Shown here in pieces: positions 12,230 through 24,477 of a DNA stretch of 64,000 bases. Position 1 is the stretch's first letter. The number at the start of each line of letters is the position of its first letter. Position numbers and translations under genes: made by a program. The notes under the pieces were generated by a model, which was not told the origin of the DNA, did not search any database, and saw nothing but the letters and a program-made list of their open reading frames with translations. Origin of the DNA: Microbotryum violaceum (taxonomy: Eukaryota); assembly GCA_001244265.2 (NCBI GenBank), contig CDLV01000009.1:558001-622000 (forward strand), given 5' to 3'.

Positions 12230-13165
12230 ATGGCCACACAAAGGACGATCCGTCGTATCGTCACCACCACCCCCAGCATATCATCCTGGCTATCGCCCCC
12301 AGGGGGCCAACCCCTCCTCCCGACGCTCGTCTCGATCCCACCCCTCCCAGCGCAATCCAAATGGTTCCTGCCGCACCCTACCACGAACAACCCCCCCACG
12401 AACAAGCTTGATCGTCCACATCGTCACCTCAACCTCGACCACCTCACCAAATCGGGAACCCAAGACCCTGTCGTCAATATCGAGCATACGCGAACGGGAT
12501 CCGAATCCTACTTCGAGCGCCTCGAAGTACCATGGTCCTATTACCTACAATACCTCGATAATCCACCCGTACCAAACACGTTATCAAATGCGCCGCTTTC
12601 AACTTCAACACTTTACTTAGCTCAATCGCTCCCACCTTCCCACCTCCTACCCGACCTAACCCTCCCCCAAACTCAACAAAACTTTCCCCTCTCCGGTCAG
12701 ACCCCTTCCTCCCTCTGGATGGGCCGAACCCCGACCACGACCCCGATGCATCATGATCCGGACCATAACTTATTCCTCCAATTGTGCGGGGAGAAGAAGT
12801 TCAGGTTGATGGAACCCAAGGTGGGGAAGAGCGTTTTCGAAAAAGTTCAAGAGAGGCGACTCGGAGGACTGGGCAAGAAGGCGGCGTTGAGGGATCGTAG
12901 AGGTCGTTTGAGAGGGGAGGAGATGATGTTGCCCGGTCCGGAAGGGGACAGGGACGCGTTGGAACGAGCGGTGTGGGAGGATAGTTGTGATGGGCGAGTT
13001 GGATCCGAGTCGGAGCAGACGCAGGAAGAGGTCTTTCAAGTTACGGTCCAGAGTGGTCAAGCTTTGTTGATCCCTCAAGGATGGTGGCATGCCGTGAGGT
13101 CGAGGTCGACTAGGAGGGATGGCGAAGAGGAACTATCCGTGTCCGTGAATTGGTGGTTCAGGTGA
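12230..13165 (+). CDS. JmjC / cupin_8-type 2-oxoglutarate-Fe(II) oxygenase, single exon
   Basis: 311-aa ORF with LYLAQ, LWMGRTPTTTPMHHDPDHNLFLQLCGEK (HxD), LIPQGWWHAV (distal His), SVNWWFR. Confidence 0.85.
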   Translation: MATQRTIRRIVTTTPSISSWLSPPGGQPLLPTLVSIPPLPAQSKWFLPHPTTNNPPTNKLDRPHRHLNLDHLTKSGTQDPVVNIEHTRTGSESYFERLEVPWSYYLQYLDNPPVPNTLSNAPLSTSTLYLAQSLPPSHLLPDLTLPQTQQNFPLSGQTPSSLWMGRTPTTTPMHHDPDHNLFLQLCGEKKFRLMEPKVGKSVFEKVQERRLGGLGKKAALRDRRGRLRGEEMMLPGPEGDRDALERAVWEDSCDGRVGSESEQTQEEVFQVTVQSGQALLIPQGWWHAVRSRSTRRDGEEELSVSVNWWFR

Positions 13166-13442
13166 AGAATATTGGCAGGGAGAGTTCCTTTGCGAATGAC
13201 GGCTTGATCCTTTTCGGATCGGGGGCTGGAGCGTAGGGTGCAATAATCAAGTAGGAGCAGAAGAGTATTACATGTCAGAACGTAAACGGTCGGAGCAAAA
13301 TAGCAAATGAGATGAAAAAAAGAGGACGACTCGTTCCTCAGCGATTGTGGCAACGAGCGTCGGCAAATATAACGACGGTCGTGAAATCGTCAAGAGAGGG
13401 GGGTTGAGATAAACGCCCGACCAGTAGCACTGCTAACAACTT

Positions 13443-14643
13443 TTACATGACGACGCAGCACGAGTTTTGCTTTTGTGCGGTCTTGTAAAAGTTTTTAGAT
13501 CTGCGAGGGAGAGGAGCGAGGCTGAGTGTGAGCTTCTCGTTCCTGTTCCTTAGATGGAGTGACATTGTGCAGTAAAGTGCTTGGACTGACGAAGCTGAGA
13601 GTGCGGCGGATTTGTCGACCAGACTGTCGAGTTTCTCCCCTCGTTCCAGAACGGATTCGATCGTCTTGTGCTGTAAGAGTGTGGGACCGATTTACCCGTC
13701 GTCAGGCGTCAAGCTTCGTCTTTCTTTCCGAGCGACTGAACTGACAAGAATGATTTTGGTCTCGTCCAACTCTTGCTGCACCTTCATGATCGTGTCGGCC
13801 TGCTTGGGATCCTGGTACTTGGTGCAATACTCTTGCAACTGCGGGAACTCGACGAGGTACTGCTTGCCGGCCTGCCTCGATTCCCTCGCCTTGGCCTCCC
13901 ACACGTCCCTCTTGACCTGGGTGGTGAACTCGTCGAGGATCTTGTTGATCAACGAGAATGCGACGCGCACGGGGTATTCCTGATCGGTGATGATCACGCC
14001 GGCTAGGTTGTCCGAGGCGCGGGTGTAGGCGTGGGCGGTGTAGGCCGTCGAGGCGGATTCTTGTTCGACCGATTGGCGTTGACCGGGCGCGGTTCGTTCG
14101 GCGACCGTTCGAGAGAAGAAATCCATGAATTGAGAGATGCTGCAAGGATGATCGGGTTCAGGTGTCAGCAAAAGGAAAGGGAGGTGTGTTTTGGTGAGGA
14201 CGATCTAGCCGGGAAGCCGTTCCGGTCGGGGGCGCGTTGGGACGACGGTTTGGGGGGGACGTGACGCGGCGTGTCCGGGGGAGCAGCGTGACACGGCGGC
14301 GAGCTCGGTCGGGTCAACACGAAGGGGTTGCAGCCGAGTGCATCACCTTGATCGGTTCGACGACCTATCCTTCTCTTGAACACTCAGATGATCGCTCCCA
14401 CATGCACCGTATCGCTCCCACATATGCGCGGTCGCACGACATCACCACCACCGACTCGGCTTGATCAAAGAACAACCGCCGTCCCACCTCCGACTTGGCT
14501 TCGTGCAAATGCAATCGCCCAACTTACACCGATCGTTGATAGAACGAGAAGGAGGAAAGGTTCAATGCGGCGGCGACGGGTACGGCGGGGATCGCTGACC
14601 TCGCCGGCTCGACCGCGAGGATCTGGATCGAGATGATCTTCAT
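13443..14643 (-). CDS. YKT6: Prenylated R-SNARE Ykt6
   Basis: MKIISIQIL...SSFSFYQRS|..[24 protein letters not shown]...[22 protein letters not shown]...[22 protein letters not shown]...[15 protein letters not shown] (CCAAX end). Confidence 0.95.
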
Positions 14644-14782
14644 ACTTTCTCTGGGCAGACCGAGTCGCGCGTTGGCGGGATTGTTTGAGTGCTATTGGTG
14701 CGTTTGTTGACGGTGTTGGGGTGTCGAGTTGCAAGGAGAGCGGGGTGAGCGTGCGAGCGTGCGTGCGTGTGGTGTGGTGTAT

Positions 14783-14830
14783 GGTCGAGGTCGAGGTCGA
14801 GGTCGAGGTCGAGGTCGAGGTCGAGGTCGA
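14783..14830. repeat. (GGTCGA)8 microsatellite upstream of YKT6
   Basis: Eight perfect hexamer copies. Confidence 0.95.
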
Positions 14831-14930
14831 GAGGTAGCGAAGGTTCAAACGTTCAAAGACGAACAAAGTGCCGTGACGGTCGACCGTTAACTAATCCTCA
14901 GTTAGCCTGGACGCGTCGAGGTAGTAACGC

Positions 14931-17637
14931 GCAATTTGGAGTCGCGCGACTGATCCTTCCCTCGCGGGCCCATCTTCCATCTTCATCCGCCTACGCAAAG
15001 TGCGCGCATCCGACCTCATCCCTTCCCTCTCGGTCGACAATGTCGTCCACTCCGACCCCGACTCGATGCTTGGAGCCGCTAGCAAGTACTTCGAAGGGGT
15101 CTACGAGGATCGCGCTATCGATGACGACGCCTTGGAGAAGATTATCGACGGTCTCGCCTCGACTCGCCTATCCCCTGCCGATTCGGACAAGCTCGAAGGA
15201 GCGTACCCCCTAGAGGAGATAACAAAGGCACAAGAGGCGTGTAAGTCGAACTCCTCGCCTGGACCCGACGGTCTCCCGGTCGAGTTTTACCGCGCAACGT
15301 GGACAGCCACAGGCCCCATCCTCCGCGACGTCATCAACTCGATCCCCACCGACGACGCCAGTTCTCGAACGTCGGCCCGCCACACTGCCCACATCCACCT
15401 CATCCACAAGCGCGGCGAGAGGGATCGGCTGGTGAACAAACGCCCCATATCACTCATCAACGCTGATGAACGCATCATCTCCCAAGCCCACAACCAGCGC
15501 CTTGCCCCTCTGCTCGAGACCCTGATCGGCTCGACCCAGCGCGGTTTCGTTCCGAACCGCTGGATTGGCACGAACATCGCCGAGGTGCAGTGTCTCATGG
15601 ATCCTGGGCTCCCGGGTTCAGAGCCGGTGTCCGGTCTGCTCGCAGTGATGGACTTCGAGAAGGCTTACGACCGTCTTTCCCACACCTACATCGATGCAGT
15701 CCTCAGCGCCGTTGGCCTTGGCCCGAAAGCCTGCCAATGGTACCGAGCGACCTATACAAACCAATCCGCCTCAATCTACCTCAACGGATGGCTCTCGGCC
15801 GCGTTCGATATCCTCTCGGGAGTTCGACAAGGCGACCCGCTGGCTCCGTCACTCTTCGTTCTCGCAATTGAGGGCTTCGCCGTACAGTTGCGGTCACAAG
15901 TCAAGGGCATCGCGAGCCCGGGACTCCCAACCATACGAGAACTTCTCTTTGCCGACGATGCCTGCTGTGCTCTCCACGACACCTCGGACCTCGACCACCT
16001 CAATCGGGCGATCGAGCTGTACGAGCGGGCAAGTGCCAGCAAGCTCAGCAACGCCAAATCTTTCCTCTACCCCCTCGGGTCATTCAGGGACCGTCCGATC
16101 CCTTCACACCTCGGGTCCTGGCGTCTCAGCGACTCGCAGTTTCGTTACCTGGGAGTGCAGGTTGGGGTGGACATCGCCGAGGATGCGGGCTGGGAGGAGG
16201 TCAAGTCCGCGACCGTCGCCCGGATACGATCCATCCCAATGTACGACCTTCCGTACGCAGCGAAATGTTCGATAATCAATATCTACTGCTACACGAAGAT
16301 TCTCTACCATAATCGTTTCATCCCAGCTTCCAAGAGCGTCGTCAAGGAGATCGAGGACGCGGTCATGATCGCTATCCACGGTCGAGCCTCGGACGGATCT
16401 CAGAAACCCCCGAAGGTCTCTCGGCTGCGCCTCTGCACCCCTCTCGACCACGGCGGCTTTGGCTTGATTGACTTACCTCGGCGCCTCGCGGTCGATCACG
16501 CCAAGTGGGTCTTTCATCTTCGGGACCCGGACGGCTGCTTCATTCGGCACCTCTTCGACATCCGCACTCGCCTTCAGGCGGCGAACGAACGCACCCCTTT
16601 ACCTTGCCCAAATCAGGCCCCAACCCACATCGTCGCTCGTGGGTCTGGATCTGGTGGGCCTACTTTTGCCACCCTCCTCCACAGTGGGAACGCGCAGTGA
16701 GGAAGACGAAGGCCCTGCTCCCTCCACGATGGATCCGCTATTTCGAAGCCTGGGATTTGGTGACAACGCTGAACCCCCCGAACTTTCCAAGAGCCCGAAT
16801 CTGGAGCGGTGGGCAACACACGTCCTCTACTTCCCAGCAGGCCACGGAATCCGACTCTCGGTGAACCCGACGCTTTTCCGAGGACCCGATGGCGAGGTGA
16901 TGACTCCGTCTTCGTTTGTGAACGCGTCCAAACGCCACCAAGCCTTCCTCTACCCTCCTATCCTCCCTCTCGGTCATCAGAGGGTTTTCTGTCTCCCCGA
17001 GCAACGCTGGAATGCCTGGTGGAAGGCGCTACGCAAGACTCGCAGGGTTCATTCGGACGCCGAAGACACGGCCCACCTCCTCTCCCTAGGTTCACTTCAT
17101 CCAGGTAGCCAAATCGCTTCTCCAAATAGCCGTTCTCTCCACAATCGATCTACCGCATGTGTCATGTGCCTGTCGGAGGCTCCGGAGACCCTGGCACACC
17201 TTGCGGTCGGTTGCCCGTTTGCCCGCCGCCTCTGGTCTGCGCTCACTCCTATCCCACACCCCGACTTTGTTCAGTTCGTGTGCCCGGTCGTTTCTCGCTC
17301 GGAACGCCGACCCGTCGAGCTGCGTCTACTCTTCTTCCACGCGATCTGGAAGCTCTCTCGTCGCCGTCGATTTTCGTCGGATCCTCTGGAGCCGATCGCC
17401 GAAACGGCATTTGAGGAGCTCCGCGCGTCCATCCAGGAGTCCAAGGGACGACTGGTTTCGCTGTAACCGCCTAAGGGGGTTTTAGTGGGTATGGTTGATT
17501 TTGTTCCAAGGTCAACGAGTCCCACACTACTGGCCTCGCCAGTGTGCTTAACTGCATTCCCTCCGTCTTTTCCGAGGATTTTTAGGCATTAATATAGATA
17601 TGCTGTTAATGAAATCTATTAGATAAAAAAAAAAAAA
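14931..17637 (+). mobile_element. 5'-truncated non-LTR retrotransposon (L1/Tx1-like LINE) with poly(A) tail; 5' boundary approximate
   Basis: RT domain and CCHC finger, short 3' UTR, A13 at 17625-17637; no ORF1 or endonuclease; no clear TSD. Confidence 0.9.
15000..17466 (+). pseudogene. LINE ORF2 remnant: reverse transcriptase plus zf-RVT-like finger, frameshifted
   Basis: SPGPDGLPVEFY, RPISLINADERI, DFEKAYDRLSH, GVRQGDPLAPSLF, LLFADDA, FRYLGV, LDHGGFGL; CVMCLSEAPETLAHLAVGC in a different frame. Confidence 0.9.
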
Positions 17638-17697
17638 CAGTTGGCGCAGGTTCATGATCTCACTCTTGCCATCCCCACATCCCTCGTTCGAACCAAC

Positions 17698-18617
17698 ATG
17701 CCCAAAGTCAAGACATCCAGGACCAAGCCACCACCAGGTCAGTACCTCACTCCTACAGGAACTACGTCCCAAAGGAGATCCTACGATCCGTAGAGTAGCT
17801 CGTTAACGGAGCTGACCCAGCTTCATTCATGCTCCTGCAGAGGGATTCGATGAGATTGAACAGATCTTGGAGGACTACCAGAGAAAGATGAGGGATGGTA
17901 CGTTCTTGTGAATCATTCCGGGGGCCTACAAGGATGGCGAGAACAGAACCTGCAATCCGGAGACTGAACTTTTGGTGTCTCTCTCACTCTGCGCACAGCC
18001 GAGGCCGAGTCGCACGAAGGGAAACGCAAGACCGAGTCGCTATGGCCCATCATGAGGATCACACATACACGGTCCAGGTGCGTACCCAACACCACCTGTT
18101 GCTCATCGAGGGCTGCACATAGCCTTCGCGAGCTGATTCCGAGTCGGGCGATGATTTCGCCTGGGCGCTGGAGAAACAGATACATCTATGACCTCTACTA
18201 CAAACGAGAAGCCATCTCGAGAGAACTGTACGACTGGTTGCTCAAGGAGGGCTACGCAGATGCAAAGTCAGTCCTCTTGCTCTCGTTCGAACCGCGAACG
18301 GGATCTGGCGCAGAGTGCCTGATCAAGTGCTTGCTGCGTATATTATTCTCCAGTCTGATTGCCAAGTGGAAAAAACAAGGTTACGAAAAGCTGTGTTGCG
18401 CGAGGTGTATTCAATCCCGGGTACGTCGCACTCACCTCCGAGCCGACGAGTTCGGACATGCCCGACTCACGAGACCCTTCTCTGCGCCTGCGCATCTCAG
18501 GACATGAACTATACCGGCTCGACGTGCATCTGCCGCGTCCCTAAAGCACAGCTCAAGGCCGGTGTCGTTGTCGAATGCACACATTGCGGTTGCCGAGGAT
18601 GTGCTTCTCAGGACTAG
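17698..18617 (+). CDS. BUD31: Spliceosome-associated Bud31/G10 protein
   Basis: [19 protein letters not shown]...[35 protein letters not shown]...[20 protein letters not shown]...TCICRVPK...[12 protein letters not shown]. Confidence 0.97.
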
Positions 18618-18940
18618 AGAGGCAAACAAAAAAACAAAAACCCGAGCAAGAGATTGACCTCTGACTCGAGTGAGTGCGTTGGGAGTTCGTACTGTAGAAT
18701 TTTACAAGCTTGTATGATGAAGATGATGCGCACTGTGCATTGTAAGGGCATCGGATCATCTGATGGGCTCAAGGGCAGAGAATCGGAGAGAATCGCGCGA
18801 GAAATGATTACTTCGGTACCAAAGTTGGTGTGCGATACTACTTAAAGTCCGGGCTCTCGAGCAGCTTGCATTTGCAGCTGAAGCCATCGGCATTCGTTGA
18901 AAGATCATGCAATTCAGTCAAGCGCTTGCGCTCTTGTTCT

Positions 18941-20068
18941 CTACTCGCCCCTAATCAACTCCCTCAACGCCTTTTTGGTAACGACGACCTCCCCTTCGAC
19001 AGCCCTGGGTTCGACTCCAATATTGAGCAAGCAATCTTCGTACCTCCTCACGTCGATCACTTTGAGGTACTTGAGCGCCTTGGCGCGGTCTTGGATCATG
19101 GCTCGGAGCGATCTTCGGTTGTGGATATCGCGCGGTTGCGAGATGAGATGCGTCAAGAGAGAGTGGATACGGGCGGTTAGAATGGCAGCTGTGAAAGTGA
19201 ACGTTCAAGAGTGAGTGCCCAGCTCGGATCGACCGCCAAGATGTGCAAGAGCGGTGAAACGCACCGACGACCTCTGGACTACCCGTATCGTTCTCATCCT
19301 TGCCAAACGCCTTGACGATCCTCCTCACATTCTCGACTTGGATGGCTTTACTCCCCGCATTGCCCAAATCCAAGATCCTCATCAACTTGTCCTTCTTGTC
19401 CATCTCCCTCTGCTCGGCCTTGGCCAACCGGTTCTCGTTCAGTTCCTGCGAGGCCAAGTGACCCGACGCCGTGACGACGTCGCGCATCATCGACACATTC
19501 GGCAGCGATTGACCGAGCAGTTTTACGTCCTGTTCGTTCAGTCCAAAGTTGTAGTGTCGTTCGACGGTGGTTTTCTGCAGCTTGCGCTCTTTACCCTCCT
19601 GCTCCTCCTGCTCCTCCTGCTCTACGGACCCCGTCTTGACCCCTTCCCACAACACCTCCCTGTCCAACAAGGTCCGTTTCAACAAACAACGTTCCCAAAG
19701 GTCACCCCCGATCTTTTTGTTGTAACCGAGAACGGGATCGGGTTGGTTCTGGAGGTGGGATTGAACCAGGAGCGCTTTCTTCTCAATGTGCGCTTTGCGA
19801 ACTAGACGGGCTTTGCGGAGTCGTTTGGACTCAGAGGCGTGGGAGGTGCTGGAGAAGGGGTGCGAGTGGGAGGTGGAGGTGGAGGTGGAGGCGAGGGCTG
19901 GATTGGATGTGGGCACGAGGACTGCGAAAGGGGGAGGAGGTAGATCGATTCGGGTTGAGAGTTGGGGTCAGACGGGCTAGGTCAAGGAGGTAGAGACGAA
20001 ACTGTGCTGTGGTGGAATACGGTGCAGGACTCACCCCTTGAACTTCGACTGGCTATCCGAGCGAACAT
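18941..20068 (-). CDS. MRPS28: Mitochondrial ribosomal small subunit protein uS15m
   Basis: Arg/Ser-rich presequence-like start MFARIASRSS; S15 motif NDTGSPEV..AILTARIHSL..HL...PRDIHNRRSLRAMIQDRAKALKYLK. Confidence 0.88.
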
Positions 20069-20100
20069 GCTGCGAGAGGTCTCGGAGTGGTGCGACGACG

Positions 20101-20154
20101 ACGACGATGCACGACGATGCACGACGATGCACGACGATGCACGATGCACGATGC
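20101..20154. repeat. (ACGACGATGC)4 plus degenerate copies in the uS15m/VID27 divergent intergenic region
   Basis: Direct tandem repeat visible. Confidence 0.9.
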
Positions 20155-20528
20155 GGGCCTAAGCAGAATCGCACACGCCGGCGTGACCCGTACAGCCCAG
20201 CCTCACTTGCGGGCCGGCACGGGGGGATAGTATATCCGATGCGAACCACCGCACGGGACATGGCACGAGTCAGTTTTCAGACGCTTTGTGATATTTTTAC
20301 TCGGTCAACGAAAATATATCGATGCCACTCTTGTACTCGTTTTGGATAAAGACGGAAAAATCCGGCCCCGCCTCCTAAAAGTCAAGTCACGCGAGGTCCG
20401 CGCGCGCTGGTCGAGCTCCGTCACGGTGCCTATCTCAGTCACCTGAATTTGAGCAGCCGAGCGCCACCGTAACCCAGCCACGCCGCCACGCCGCCACGCC
20501 GCCTCCCACTGGGGCACCACAACCATCC

Positions 20529-23500
20529 ATGTTTCTAGTAAGTTCATGTCCACAGTTTGCACGCCTACCTCGGCCCTGATCAGCTTCCTGTCGCGCTGCA
20601 AACAACAGGTCAACCGACGTCAGTAGTTCTCGGCTCGCCCCCCCACTCGACCGTGCGGCCGTCTGTTTCTGCACTATGCACGCTCATTCTCACATCAACC
20701 ACACACACAGTCCTGGGAACGAACAAGCCCAAGGTCGGCGCAGAAGAGCTGACCGTGATCGACCAAGGACGGCTTTATCTCGTCCGACCCGACAGCCTCA
20801 AGGCCGGCAGGGAGTGCATGTCAGTCCGCGCTCACCGCCGCCCTCCTCTCCGCCACAACTCAACACCTTCGTATGGTATTCCCACAGCTTCATCGACGCG
20901 TCCATCTCGATCCGAAGGACCACGTACGAACACACCTACCAACTCGTCGTCACCAGGACCTTCCAAGAAGGCGAGGAGCAATTGCTCGAAGAGGATGCAG
21001 AGAGTCAGTTCTGCAGATGCCCCCCCTCTCTTAATTCTCTGCTCATCTTTTGAACTCACACCCCCGCCCACAGACTCGGACGAACGTGCGTTCCTGATCG
21101 ACGAGAACCTCTTCCTCTCCGTCGGACCCACCCTCGACCCTTCCGCCGCCACACCACCCCCCTTTTCCATCACCTGGGCCGACCCCGAAGGCGACGGACC
21201 TGAAGACGAGTTCGAATTCGTGCTCGCTCCCGCACCCGACATCACCGCTCTGGCCCACGAGTTTGAGAGGCTCGTTTGGAGGTGCCTCTGGGAGGACAAG
21301 ACGAACAGAACTTGGCCGACGGATGCGAGGGAGGTCGCGATGATCGAGGAGAACGAGTTGCAGCAATTCATGATCGAGTACGTTTTTACGTTCATGCGAC
21401 CGTGTTTTTCGGGCGAGTCGGCTGCTGTTGGCTACTCGGGCGGTGAAGCGCTATGGAGGCCCGATGAGGGGAGAGGAGGTCAATGCCGATTTCAATTCAT
21501 GCGTGGGCTGACGTGTGATCCTTCCGCCTCCACTCTACCGTGCACGATGCCTAGACGCACCGCACCTCAAACATTGCCGGCCTCGACCAAGCAACCCTTG
21601 TTCCGATCAGCGACCCCCGAATCCGACTCTGATGCCGAAGACTTTCGTCCTCCCCCACCTTCGGCACGCAAGCTGACCACCGCCGACTTGGACGACTCGG
21701 ACGACGAACGCTACGACGACTCGGACGACGAACGTAACCAGCTGGCCGCGACGCTCATGAAGAAGGCGACCCTCACCCCTTCCTCGACCGCCAAGGGCAA
21801 AGTCAAAACCACGTCTGCACCCGCCTCTGCCGCCCCCACGCCTTCGAGAACAAAGTCCAAGGCGAAGGAGCCGATCGAGACCGTGACCGAACAACCGCCC
21901 AAACGATCGACCCCGGGCGGCGTCGTCAAGCAGGCATTGGTCAGCGTCGAAGGTGATCTGTACCTCTACGATCGAGCGACGGGGATGTTCATGATGCAGG
22001 AACCTTTGGTCCAAGCGAGCATCCATCGTACGATGGAGGCGTACTGGCTCATCGTCGAGGGCAAGACGGGGCCGTGGGTCAGTCAGGGCATCGATTCCGA
22101 AACGACGTTCAGCGAGGTCAGTCCTTTCCCAAATGGGTCTAGAATCATTTCCGCAGAAGTAAATCGGACTAACGTCGAACATGGGGAGGAACGAACCGCA
22201 GGCGGAGAAATCCATGGTCTTCAACTACCGTTTCGAACCCGAAGACGGGCTGGGCGAGGGCGAGTCGTCCCAAGTCTACACTTGGCTCGTGAGGTTCCCT
22301 ACGAGCAAGCCGTTCGAGATCATTCAACAGGCCGTGACGACCGCCTTGTTCGAGGACAAGTTCGGTAGCGGGACCTGGCAAAAGTTGAAGGAGGATGAAC
22401 AGGCTTATCAACGACGGGCTTATATTGACGATGCGGAGATGTTTGACGCGGTGAACGAAGAGGAGGAGGGTCAGGGCCAGAGCCAGGAGGAGGTCGATGA
22501 GCTGGATGAGGAAGAGGAGGAAGGGGAAGAAGGGGAGGATGACGACGAGCGACCCAAGTTTGGAGAGGGGACGCAGACGAAGAATTCTCAGTTGGCCGTG
22601 GGTTACAAGGACGCGTTGTCGTTCGTGGTGCAGGGGGATATGATTGGCGTGTTCAAGCAACAACACGATGGGGGCAAGAAGGTAAGCAATGCCAATTCCT
22701 GAACTCAATCGAGGCCGTTCAGAGGTTTGAGATCTGATCCTGACGCGGTCCGCGGTCGTGGGGGGATCAGCTCAAATTCGTTACGAGCATCGTCAACATC
22801 TCGACACCCGATGGCAAGAAGGCGTTCACACCGCAAAAGGTCATGCTGCACAACCAAGGTGAGTGTCTAAACTATATAGGGGCCTGTGGACTTGAGTGAA
22901 GCTGACCATGTTGAAAGACATATCCTTTCGCCAGACACATCGATGATCTTGCAAAACCCTCTTGCGCCTGGCTCGCTCTACCGCCTAGATCTCACGACCG
23001 GCCAAGTCGTTGACGAGTACAAGGTTTCGGATGAGGTGCAGGTCAAGTCCTTCCTCCCCGACTCCAAGTTTGCCCAAACGACGCAACAACAGACCTTCAT
23101 CGGTCTCTCGCACAACAGCGTCTTCCGCATCGACCCTCGCCTCTCGGGAAGCAAGCTCGTCAACGATGAATTCAAACAATACGTGACCAAGAACGATTTC
23201 TCGGTCGCCACGACGACTGAATCGGGTCGGTTGGCCGTCGCTTCCAACAAGGGTGATGTCCGCTTGTTCGACAAGCTCGGCAAGAACGCCAAGACGGCTT
23301 TACCTGCGTTGGGGGACCCGATCCTCGGAATCGACGTGACCGCCGATGGGCGATGGGTCCTCGCGACATGCAGGACGTATCTCTTGTTGATCGATACGCA
23401 AATCCCCGAAGGCGCAGGGCGCTACGGTGGTTCATCGGGCTTCGATCGCTCCTTCCCTGCAGGCCAAAAACCCATGCCCAAGCGCCTGCAACTCAAACCC

Positions 23501-23973
23501 GAACACGTAGCGTACATGCAAGAACAATCGAGGGAAGGGGTTTCCTTTACGCCCGCGAAGTTCAATGCCGGTCTAGGAGCGGATGAGAGGACGATCGTCA
23601 CTTCGACGGGACCTTACATCGTCGCCTGGAATTTCAGACAGGTCAAGCAGGGGAACGTTGCGAATTATACGTTGAGGAGGTTCTCGGATACTATTGTGGC
23701 GGATTCGTTCAAGTTCGGGGGGGACCGAGAGATTGTGAGTGGTTGATTGCCCGTTTTAGGCGCTTTCGAAATGTGGAGCTGACGGGGTTTTTGCTTGATT
23801 CAGATCGCCGTGTTGCCAAACAACGTCTTTGTCGAGGACAAAAAGAAGCTCAAAGGTCAGTCCAGGAGCTTGATTCTCCATGTGATTCATGACCACCGAC
23901 GTCACTGTCCTTGCTACCCACAGCTCCCAATCGCGATTCCATCTCGAGCGTCGTCAAGAGCTACTACGATTGA
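20529..23973 (+). CDS. VID27: Vacuolar import and degradation protein Vid27
   Basis: Micro-exon start MFL|VNR|LLGTNKP; PH-like region (GDLYLYDRATGMF); C-terminal NSQLAVGYK, FTPQKVMLH, LYRLDL, FRIDPRLSG, AVASNKGDVRLFDKLGKNAKTALPALGDPILGIDVTADGRWVLATC. Confidence 0.93.
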
Positions 23974-24477
23974 ACGGTGCTTTATCAGTGCAGGACCTTC
24001 TTCTTTCTCAGAACTTGACTAGATCGTTGTGTCTTTTCTCTTGTACCCTCCTCTTCTTTTTTCGCCTTTCCTTTTACATAATGAGCACGGGGTCTTTCAG
24101 TCGAGCTTTCCCGAACGGGCTCTGCTGTCGTTGATTTTGATGACGACTAGTGCTTTGGGGATATTTTCTAGTCTACTAATGCAATAAAGATATATGCTTT
24201 GTTTCAAGGCCAAAAAATGTATCGCGGTCCTATTGCTCACTAGATCGTTGATGATTCGTTTTGCGCATCGACCCCGCTCGTCATTCTGAGCTCGGGGACT
24301 TGACCTCAGCAAGTTGGCTCGTTCCTCTCGTCATCCGTCTTTCTCCCTCTTGCGCCACCCCCAACCCCCACACACCCTGAACCGCTCACTGAGCACTCTC
24401 ATATCAAGTTCCGAACCCAAAGTTAACCAGACTCGACGCCACTCGTACACGGACCCCTTGTCTGCTCCCATCATATC

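Noticed and set aside
15000-16700. Reverse transcriptase as a retron, DGR, group II intron or CRISPR-associated RT
   Set aside because: Eukaryotic context, LINE-type motifs, CCHC finger and poly(A) tail indicate an ordinary non-LTR retrotransposon.
14783-20154. Short tandem repeats at 14783 and 20101 as CRISPR-like arrays
   Set aside because: No spacers and no cas genes; these are simple micro/minisatellites.
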